This document shows positions 1-6,271 of a stretch of 64,000 bases of DNA, piece by piece. The stretch spans positions 1 to 64,000 of the IMG/VR virus record IMGVR_UViG_3300038701_001599; one strand, 5' to 3'. A program made the translations under genes and the position numbers. The notes below the pieces were generated by a model that did no database searches, was not told the origin of the DNA, and saw only the letters and a program-made list of their open reading frames with translations. Within the stretch, counting starts at the first letter, position 1; each line of letters starts with the position of its first letter. Origin of the DNA: a virus.

Positions 1-1
1 T

Positions 2-39
2 AGAGATTTATGAATAGTAATTTATTCACAGTAATCTCT
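2..39. repeat. Compound inverted repeat (hairpin) at window start
   Basis: AGAGATT (2-8) pairs with AATCTCT (33-39). Inner TGAATA (11-16) pairs with TATTCA (23-28). Lies in a non-coding AT-rich leader. Confidence 0.5.
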
Positions 40-93
40 TTATTCTTGATATTTATTTAATTTTCTAAGTTTAATTTAGAGATCTAAGAATAG

Positions 94-120
94 CTAAATC
101 CTTGTAAATGAAGGATTTAG
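94..120. repeat. Perfect 10-bp inverted repeat hairpin
   Basis: CTAAATCCTT (94-103) pairs perfectly with AAGGATTTAG (111-120); 7-nt loop GTAAATG. Confidence 0.5.
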
Positions 121-123
121 GAG

Positions 124-163
124 TATAACGAAAATTTCGTTATATAACTAAAGATTACGTTAT
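124..163. promoter_or_regulatory. Two adjacent ATAAC..GTTAT inverted repeats (candidate protein-binding sites)
   Basis: TATAACGA..TCGTTATA palindrome (124-144) is followed by ATAAC-N9-GTTAT (145-163). Both share the same half-site. Function unknown. Confidence 0.3.
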
Positions 164-271
164 GACCTATATTTCTGTCCCTAAATGGGTCAGTCTCATA
201 GGTTATTAATAAAACTCGTTAGGGCGAGTATAAACAGTCATTTAAGCCCTAAGCGTTAATTTTAGCATAAA

Positions 272-664
272 ATGTTAATTTTAGGTATGAATAATAATTC
301 TATTTCTGTGACCTTCTTTTTAGAAGGAGCAGTGAGGTTGACAAGATCGACCAAAAGTGTGGTACTCAAACCACATACTTCTAAAACAGCTATTGGTACT
401 TTTGCGTACAGTGGGCAAACTTTGTCTTCTCACGATGTTGATGCAGAACCACGCCAAGCTACTCTGAAGCGCACATTCGAGCCAGATTTTTTCATGAACA
501 TGCCGTCAAGATCTCAATTGAGAATTCTGGGCATCCACGGACGCGATCGGAAGAAAGTAGCCCGTAATTGGGCTGCTACGCCGACAGAGACTAAGATTAA
601 CTCTAATCTGGCTGACCTTGCCCATGACTTTGGAGCAGTCAGCTTTGAGTGGTCTTACCTCTAA
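272..664 (+). CDS. Hypothetical ORF inside GC-richer island; coding status doubtful
   Basis: 130-codon ORF, but S/T/R-rich composition unlike the K/N/I-rich proteins of this phage. The GC-rich stretch continues about 200 nt past its stop. Confidence 0.25.
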   Translation: MLILGMNNNSISVTFFLEGAVRLTRSTKSVVLKPHTSKTAIGTFAYSGQTLSSHDVDAEPRQATLKRTFEPDFFMNMPSRSQLRILGIHGRDRKKVARNWAATPTETKINSNLADLAHDFGAVSFEWSYL

Positions 665-860
665 ACCTCTAAAACTGTCAATAGCACGACTCTAACAAGT
701 TTACCTTACTGCTGAAATCGGCTCTCCAACGCACCGATATAGCGCCTAAGGATTTAAAGTTAGAGTATTTTTTAACCGTTGCAGGAATTACAATAAATTT
801 AGTAGCTGAAATAAATAATAGGATGAGCGACAGTGGTGGCTTCTAGCCCGTAAAATTCCT
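300..860 (+). ncRNA. Candidate large structured RNA (family unknown)
   Basis: 40-50% GC per 60-nt line against about 25-30% elsewhere. Many perfect 6-7 bp hairpins (312-327, 336-352, 357-376, 557-576, 594-609, 611-643). Sits immediately upstream of the tRNA cluster. Confidence 0.3.
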
Positions 861-861
861 A

Positions 862-1248
862 GTGCTATTAAACAAAATAGGAATGAGTCAGGTAGACAAT
901 ATTTTCAATGGTAATTCCTGCATTTTTAAACGTCAAAATCAAATTATTATGCATATCAAAGAAAATTCTAAGTTTGTAAAAAAGATTTTTCCGATTGCGG
1001 GGGTTTATTCATCAGAAACCAATCAAATTACAGAGGTCTCTGTTGGAAAAGGGTGGGACACCCTTAAAGAAGCAATAGACTTTGTAAAAGAGCAACAAGA
1101 GGCTGTTCAAACTTTCCAAGAAAAAACAGGAATAATGTGGTTTAACACAGAGGAAAAAGTAGGCAAGGTCTTTGACCCAAAAGGGCAGACTATAACCCAT
1201 GTGTTTTATTTTTCTGGGAAATTCGTCGAACAATTTGCCAAAAAATAG
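862..1248 (+). CDS. Hypothetical protein (ATG alternatives at 883 and 949)
   Basis: ORF track. The first codon is GTG; in-frame ATG at 949 gives MHIKENSKF... No recognisable motif. Confidence 0.5.
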   Translation: MLLNKIGMSQVDNIFNGNSCIFKRQNQIIMHIKENSKFVKKIFPIAGVYSSETNQITEVSVGKGWDTLKEAIDFVKEQQEAVQTFQEKTGIMWFNTEEKVGKVFDPKGQTITHVFYFSGKFVEQFAKK

Positions 1249-1328
1249 CTTAGCGTACTGAATTAGGTAAAGACAGGCCCTTAATTGAGGTCTGTCTATA
1301 ATTCTAATTTCTAATATAAGTCGAACAT

Positions 1329-1414
1329 GCCGAGATGTTGGAACTGGTAGACAAGCCAGACTTAAAATCTGGTGGACAGCATTGTCCGTGAGGGTTCGAG
1401 TCCCTCTCTCGGTA
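1329..1414 (+). tRNA. tRNA-Leu (anticodon UAA), type II with long variable arm
   Basis: 86 nt. Acceptor GCCGAGA/TCTCGGT (G1-U72 wobble); 3-bp D stem TTG/CAA. Anticodon stem CCAGA/TCTGG with loop CTTAAAA. Variable arm GGACA..TGTCC; T arm GAGGG-TTCGAGT-CCCTC. No encoded CCA. Confidence 0.85.
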
Positions 1415-1453
1415 CTATTTTTTTGTAAGGGGATTGCCTAAAGTATCCCTAAC

Positions 1454-1505
1454 TGCTTAACTATACGAAAGGCTAGAGAGCTAGACACTCTTTAATAGTT
1501 AAGCA
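1454..1505 (+). other. Long perfect hairpin (11-bp stem) abutting tRNA-Arg
   Basis: TGCTTAACTAT (1454-1464) pairs perfectly with ATAGTTAAGCA (1495-1505). The 30-nt loop contains a CTAG-AGAG-CTAG mini-hairpin (1473-1484). Confidence 0.5.
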
Positions 1506-1510
1506 CATTT

Positions 1511-1584
1511 AGCCCCGTAGCTCAGTTGGATAGAGCATGAGATTTCTAATCTCACGGTCGCAGGTTCGAGTCCTGTCGGGGCTA
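1511..1584 (+). tRNA. tRNA-Arg (anticodon UCU)
   Basis: 74 nt. Acceptor AGCCCCG/CGGGGCT; D arm GCTC-AGTTGGATA-GAGC. Anticodon stem TGAGA/TCTCA with loop TTTCTAA. T arm GCAGG-TTCGAGT-CCTGT. Confidence 0.85.
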
Positions 1585-1783
1585 CTAATCTTTTCATTTA
1601 ATTAAATCAGAATCATGGAAGAATCTTATATTATCGAGCTTGAGGGCCTGCCCTCTCAAGAAGAAATCTTGGCTGAATTTTATCAGCCTCATTTATTAAT
1701 CTTAAAAGAACAACCATCATGAAAATAGTAGGACAAGAAAAAACCGCATTTCATATTAAAAGAAGAGCCTCTTAAAGAGAAGT

Positions 1784-1969
1784 TTGAACCATTATCTTTT
1801 CATTAACCTTAATATCATGAAGAAAAAGTATCTTACAGCAGCAGAACAGGCTGAAAATTTAACCCGTGCCCACAGAAAAGGGCTTGTTCCTAAGACTAAT
1901 GTTATTTCAACTAAAAAAGTAACAAAACACACAAATAGAAGGGGTAACACCTTAACGTTTGTGAGTTAA
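1784..1969 (+). CDS. Small basic hypothetical protein (likely start ATG 1817)
   Basis: ORF track; in-frame ATG at 1817 gives MKKKYLTAAEQAENL... Confidence 0.4.
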   Translation: MNHYLFINLNIMKKKYLTAAEQAENLTRAHRKGLVPKTNVISTKKVTKHTNRRGNTLTFVS

Positions 1970-1994
1970 AAATACATTGGTTTGGTATTCAAAT

Positions 1995-2054
1995 GAGAGT
2001 GTCTAGCAATTGCTGGAATTTGCTTATGCAAATGCTTCCTTAGAAGCCACTCTC
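1995..2054 (+). ncRNA. Perfect 60-nt cloverleaf / four-way junction (tRNA-like or branched terminator)
   Basis: Closing helix GAGAGTG (1995-2001)/CACTCTC (2048-2054). It encloses three abutting hairpins (2002-2017, 2018-2033, 2034-2047) with 4-nt loops. 24 bp in total, no junction nucleotides. Followed by TTTTCTCTTT. Confidence 0.5.
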
Positions 2055-2160
2055 TTTTCTCTTTGCAAAAAATTTTAAATGTTTAGTTTAACCGAAATTA
2101 AAGCATTAGCAACGTAGAATAGTTAAAAAGTGCTAGTATTAATCTAAAATAAAATAATTA

Positions 2161-2234
2161 GGTCTCTTAGCTCAGCTGGTTAGAGCACCGCACTCATAAT
2201 GCGGGGGTCGTCAGTTCAATCCTGACAGAGACCA
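2161..2234 (+). tRNA. tRNA with CAU anticodon (elongator Met, or Ile2 if lysidinylated)
   Basis: 74 nt. Acceptor GGTCTCT/AGAGACC; D arm GCTC-AGCTGGTTA-GAGC. Anticodon stem CCGCA/TGCGG with loop CTCATAA. T arm GTCAG-TTCAATC-CTGAC. G1-C72 pair argues against an initiator. Confidence 0.8.
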
Positions 2235-2249
2235 CAAAAACAAGTAATT

Positions 2250-2435
2250 ATGATAACAATTGAACAATTGATAGCAAAAGCAAAAGAAAAAAGAGTATTA
2301 TTTTCAAAAGGAGATATAAGATTATGCTATAATTTAGAAAACTCTTATGAATTATACAATGGCTATAAATTGCTTATGGTAACTTATAGAGCAGATTTAG
2401 CGGCTATTTGCTATAATGAATTAATTTCACAGTAA
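2250..2435 (+). CDS. Hypothetical protein
   Basis: ORF track; starts 16 nt after the CAU tRNA. Confidence 0.5.
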   Translation: MITIEQLIAKAKEKRVLFSKGDIRLCYNLENSYELYNGYKLLMVTYRADLAAICYNELISQ

Positions 2436-2488
2436 AGGTAATCTCCTACCTAGCAAAGGAGAATAATTAATTTTTAAATCTCAGTAAC

Positions 2489-2815
2489 ATGAGTAAATTA
2501 GAAAGACCCGAATTCTTTGGGTCAAAAGGTTGTATCATTCAACTTGGACGTAGCCGAAACAACAACAGGACTATGCGTCAGTTGAAAGATATGATACTTG
2601 CCTTATCAAATTCTTCTAGTAAGAAATTCCAGAGTAATTTGGAGTATCTTCAGAAGAGTATTCACGAAGCTTTCGACAATCGAAAAATTGACAACTTCGA
2701 GGCAATGTGGCTACAACGCCTAATAGACTCAGAAGAAGTTAATTTTTGCCTTGATCTAATTGGGTATGACCCAAAAATGGAGAAGGCACTGGAAGTCTAC
2801 AACCAGCGTAAATAG
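2489..2815 (+). CDS. Hypothetical protein
   Basis: ORF track; 108 aa, no recognised motif. Confidence 0.55.
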   Translation: MSKLERPEFFGSKGCIIQLGRSRNNNRTMRQLKDMILALSNSSSKKFQSNLEYLQKSIHEAFDNRKIDNFEAMWLQRLIDSEEVNFCLDLIGYDPKMEKALEVYNQRK

Positions 2816-2858
2816 TAGAATAACTGTTTTAATTTTTTTAACTGTAAAACTGTAAATA

Positions 2859-3233
2859 ATGAAAACATTCAATGTAGTAGCTAATGTAGCTACATTCAAC
2901 TCAGGTACTGAAGACTCTAACGGACTAGCACCAGTAATTTTCCGACCAGTTGCCGGGGGAATCCCACGCAATGCGATGGTAATCGCTGGAACTATCGCCA
3001 AAAACGAGGGCTTTGAGCCAGGTAATAACTACCTTTTGCAAGTTCGCGAACTCGAAGAAAAGCACCCTGAATACGGTACTCAGTATCGCCACAGCAATTT
3101 CGGTAAGCTTTCTCCTATGGAGCTAATGTCGGCGGACGTCAAAGCTATGGGAGCACCTAAAGTTCTTACTGTTGCTGAGCAGGAAGAAGAGGCAGAAACT
3201 GCCGATGCACTGAACGAGGGAGCTACTGCATAG
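2859..3233 (+). CDS. Hypothetical protein, GC-rich gene with acidic C-terminus
   Basis: ORF track. Local GC is much higher than the genome background. Followed by its own intrinsic terminator. Confidence 0.65.
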   Translation: MKTFNVVANVATFNSGTEDSNGLAPVIFRPVAGGIPRNAMVIAGTIAKNEGFEPGNNYLLQVRELEEKHPEYGTQYRHSNFGKLSPMELMSADVKAMGAPKVLTVAEQEEEAETADALNEGATA

Positions 3234-3249
3234 TAGGCCCAACTCTTTT

Positions 3250-3287
3250 GGAGGTTAGAGTATAAAGAACCTCCACTTTTAATTTTT
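3250..3287 (+). terminator. Rho-independent terminator
   Basis: GGAGGTT (3250-3256) pairs with AACCTCC (3268-3274), followed by ACTTTTAATTTTT. Confidence 0.65.
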
Positions 3288-3324
3288 AATTTGTATTTTT
3301 AAATCCTTTTAATTAAAAAATTCT

Positions 3325-3822
3325 ATGGAAATTTCTGTTGAAAACAAACAATTGAGCCAACAGCGTATGAACTACGCTAAACTCCAAGCCATCCTTGCAT
3401 TCTTAGCAACGACTCCCAAGGAGAAAATTGCAGGAGAAGATATTGCCCAAATGTCTCAGGAGGCTGGGGCTGCCCTGTCTTCCATGCAGGAAAACCCTGG
3501 TGTCATTGCAGTCCACAAGACTGCTGAGGCTATGGGGGTATTCAACGAGGCTGGAGAGCTAACCTCAAAAGGTATGGCAATTGCCCAGACCTGTTTGAAT
3601 GCGCGGCCTGGATCGCGATACAAGGTGAACTACGAAGAATTCTTCCGCAATCAGGCGCTTGGTGGGCTGTTCGCAGCTCAAAAAGCCTTGGCAGACGAAT
3701 TGAAGTCTCGAATTGAACAGTTCCAAGAACAGGACGGCTTTAAAGCTGAAGGCCAAACAGCCAAACTGTTTGAAGAAGTAGGTGAGTTCTACATGCAACT
3801 CGCTGGAATTGAGCTTGAATAA
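3325..3822 (+). CDS. Hypothetical protein, GC-rich gene
   Basis: ORF track; A/E/G/Q-rich composition unlike neighbouring genes. Followed by its own terminator. Confidence 0.65.
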   Translation: MEISVENKQLSQQRMNYAKLQAILAFLATTPKEKIAGEDIAQMSQEAGAALSSMQENPGVIAVHKTAEAMGVFNEAGELTSKGMAIAQTCLNARPGSRYKVNYEEFFRNQALGGLFAAQKALADELKSRIEQFQEQDGFKAEGQTAKLFEEVGEFYMQLAGIELE

Positions 3823-3842
3823 GCCAATTCCATAATATAAAT

Positions 3843-3880
3843 GTGAGGTTGGTACTACGGTACTGACCTCACTATTTTTT
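3843..3880 (+). terminator. Rho-independent terminator
   Basis: GTGAGGT (3843-3849) pairs with ACCTCAC (3866-3872), followed by TATTTTTT. Confidence 0.7.
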
Positions 3881-3895
3881 AACAAATTAATAACA

Positions 3896-4492
3896 ATGAT
3901 TAATGCTAAAATTAAATCATTACTAACATTAGTTACAACTCCTTTAATTATAGTAAGTATGCTGCTATTTATTCCCAGAACTGCAGCAAATAATAACCAA
4001 ACCAAACAAGAAATAAATCAGGCAATAGAAGCCTATTATGATAGAATTTTTGATGGAGGAGAGTTGCCTGAAATACAAGTGACTGCAAAGCTAACCTTCT
4101 CCCAAAAAATTTACTTACTTGCTAGATTGATAAACAGTGAAGCAGGTAATGAGCCATTATTGGGAAAAATAGCTGTAGCTAATGTTGTAAGAACAAGAGC
4201 TAGAGTTAAGAATAAAACTATAAAGGAAATTATATATCAAAGGAATAAATACGGCCCTCAATTTGATGGTATTGATACTGAAAGATTTAATAGAGTACCA
4301 TCAAAAGAATGCATTATAGCAGCTAAAAGAGGGCTTACAGAGTATGTTATACCAGAGTCAGTATATTATTTCCACAACCCTAAAATATCAACTGATAGTA
4401 AGCACGTGAAACGTGTTGAAAAATATACTTATAAAGACATAGGAAATCATAGATTTTGTCACAATCCTAAATTAATGAAACCATGTTTATAA
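3896..4492 (+). CDS. Cell wall hydrolase, SleB/CwlJ-like, with N-terminal hydrophobic anchor
   Basis: LLARLINSEAGNEPLLGKIAVANVVRTRA matches the SleB-family core (EA.GEP..G..AVA.V..NR). N-terminal segment LLTLVTTPLIIVSMLLFI. Confidence 0.65.
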   Translation: MINAKIKSLLTLVTTPLIIVSMLLFIPRTAANNNQTKQEINQAIEAYYDRIFDGGELPEIQVTAKLTFSQKIYLLARLINSEAGNEPLLGKIAVANVVRTRARVKNKTIKEIIYQRNKYGPQFDGIDTERFNRVPSKECIIAAKRGLTEYVIPESVYYFHNPKISTDSKHVKRVEKYTYKDIGNHRFCHNPKLMKPCL

Positions 4493-4689
4493 TACTTGAA
4501 GTAAAAACTACTCTTCTTGAAGATAAATATTTTAAATTAGCGATTCCTATAGAAAGGATTAAATCTATAAATAACGCTAACAAGACAAGAATAAAGTTAA
4601 AAACAGGAGAAGACTTTATTTGTAAAGACACTATTGAGACTATTGTTAGTAACATTAATCTTTTAAAAAAGAAAAATAATAACTCATGA
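4483..4689 (+). CDS. Hypothetical protein
   Basis: ORF track; start overlaps the upstream stop and its stop overlaps the downstream start. Confidence 0.45.
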   Translation: MFIILEVKTTLLEDKYFKLAIPIERIKSINNANKTRIKLKTGEDFICKDTIETIVSNINLLKKKNNNS

Positions 4690-5264
4690 AAACAGTATAT
4701 AAAAAGTGGAAGACTCAAAAAGGAAGAGGGTTAGACCTAGAACTACTAGAATTTATAGATTATTATCGAGAAAATAATAAAATTTATAAATTTATAGAAG
4801 ACGGTATAACTTATATTGGAGAAATATGGGAAGGAGAGGATGAGTTTGGTAATCGAGTGGAAGTAAAAGTTAGGGTAAAATATAATCCTGACTTATTTAA
4901 TAAAGAATTACAAGACCCAATACCACCACATCTAGTAGATACGTGGTATAACCCCATAGTAGACCCACAAGATTATATTCATAGTCAGCTAGAAGGAAAA
5001 GAAGCTAATAGAACAGACTTTTTAAACGAAGAATTAGAGGAAAGAAGTCTTATTAGCGAGAAAAAACTTGCAAATTATAAGAGAGTATTAAAGAAAATTA
5101 TTAAAAAAGATAACAAAGGACTTTACAATTACGTAAAGTTAAAGATTAGTTTTCTTACAAGTCCTGATTATATAAAATTTAGACAATTACAAAGAATGAA
5201 TAATAAATTTAATTACCAAGAACAAGTTAATGAGATTAATAATAATCTTGCTATTGCTTCCTAG
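4686..5264 (+). CDS. Hypothetical protein
   Basis: ORF track; 192 aa, coupled to its neighbours. Confidence 0.6.
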   Translation: MKTVYKKWKTQKGRGLDLELLEFIDYYRENNKIYKFIEDGITYIGEIWEGEDEFGNRVEVKVRVKYNPDLFNKELQDPIPPHLVDTWYNPIVDPQDYIHSQLEGKEANRTDFLNEELEERSLISEKKLANYKRVLKKIIKKDNKGLYNYVKLKISFLTSPDYIKFRQLQRMNNKFNYQEQVNEINNNLAIAS

Positions 5265-5721
5265 TATTTTACTAGGACAATACAGCAATAGAAACCAAGT
5301 AACTACAGAGGTAGGGCATATGTTGGTTGTAAGGCCAAATAATGAAGTACCTCTATACGTTAATAATCCAAAGTTTGACTTTGGTTATCAATTTAATTAT
5401 GAATTAGATAAGATTAATGAGATATTTATTAACCCTAGTATTGGTTATATAGAAACTAATACAGTCAGAATTACTAGAAATAATTATATAGCCACCGAAG
5501 TAGGGTGGGCTACTTATAAACAGTGGTATACTGGATTTAAAGGATATTACTTATGGCAAAATAAGGAATTTTGCTTTAGCATTAAGACTAGATTATATGT
5601 TACTGACGTAACATCAAACAGAATTAATTTTGGAATGAGTGGAGAAATAGGAAACTTGTTATCTCAAGGATACTTCTTTATTCCTACATTCTTTTTAACT
5701 GCAAACTTAACTAAACAATGA
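5230..5721 (+). CDS. Exported hypothetical protein
   Basis: Signal-peptide-like N-terminus MRLIIILLLLPSILLGQ; aromatic-rich mature part. Confidence 0.55.
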   Translation: MRLIIILLLLPSILLGQYSNRNQVTTEVGHMLVVRPNNEVPLYVNNPKFDFGYQFNYELDKINEIFINPSIGYIETNTVRITRNNYIATEVGWATYKQWYTGFKGYYLWQNKEFCFSIKTRLYVTDVTSNRINFGMSGEIGNLLSQGYFFIPTFFLTANLTKQ

Positions 5722-5966
5722 ATAAATCAAATTATACTATTATAGTCTTGCTAATTTTGATATTAGCAGCTATAGTCATAGACATTCAATACAGGGTAAA
5801 ATATAAGCCTGTTTTAAAGACTTATGAGCCTGTTTATTATAATTATAATAGTAATACTCCAAAAGAGAATAAAAAAGGCTCTAAAACTATTAAAATAGGT
5901 AGGAGCCATTCCGGTAGTTATGTTACTGGTAGTGATAAATTTGGAGAAAATATTTTTAATAAATAA
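5718..5966 (+). CDS. Small single-pass membrane protein with C-terminal KTIKIGRSHSGSYVTGSD motif
   Basis: TM segment YTIIVLLILILAAIVIDI. Its C-terminal 22 aa are 16/22 identical to the N-terminus of the 4,593-aa protein. Confidence 0.6.
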   Translation: MNKSNYTIIVLLILILAAIVIDIQYRVKYKPVLKTYEPVYYNYNSNTPKENKKGSKTIKIGRSHSGSYVTGSDKFGENIFNK

Positions 5967-5976
5967 AACTTGTAAA

Positions 5977-6243
5977 ATGATAAAACTTAGTAATGAAAAA
6001 ATTATAAAAATAGACCCAGTAGTAAAAAAGATGAGTGATATGGAACCATTAGAAGTTTGTGTAATTTTTGATAAAAAACACAATAGTGAATCTAAGACTA
6101 TAGTTATGAGAACTGCAAGTACTGAAAATTTTGAAGTAATAAACTTAAGTTTACCCGGCGCAAGTAAATGCTGGACTTCTACTATAGGACTAAAAGTAAG
6201 AGAATTATTTCCTGGAGAAACTTATACTTTAGAACTTTCTTAA
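5977..6243 (+). CDS. Hypothetical protein (start moved to ATG 5977)
   Basis: The track ORF 5920..6243 overlaps the previous gene by 47 nt. In-frame ATG at 5977 gives MIKLSNEKI... Confidence 0.5.
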   Translation: MIKLSNEKIIKIDPVVKKMSDMEPLEVCVIFDKKHNSESKTIVMRTASTENFEVINLSLPGASKCWTSTIGLKVRELFPGETYTLELS

Positions 6244-6271
6244 TAAATTTAAAAATCAAAATTAAACCAAT

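Noticed and set aside
300-860. tmRNA, RNase P RNA, degenerate tRNA array or rRNA fragment as the identity of the GC-richer island
   Set aside because: There is no tRNA-like 3' end (no GGTTCGA..CCA acceptor/T-arm), no tag-reading-frame signature, no GGAAAGUCC-type P4 element and no T-loop consensus. The family remains unknown.
1329-2234. Suppressor tRNA or stop-codon reassignment (known in some crAss-like phages); also tRNA genes as an integration site (attP)
   Set aside because: The anticodons are UAA (Leu), UCU (Arg) and CAU, so none reads a stop codon. All large ORFs, including the 13.8-kb one, are intact under the standard code. No integrase, excisionase or repressor-like gene was seen in the window.
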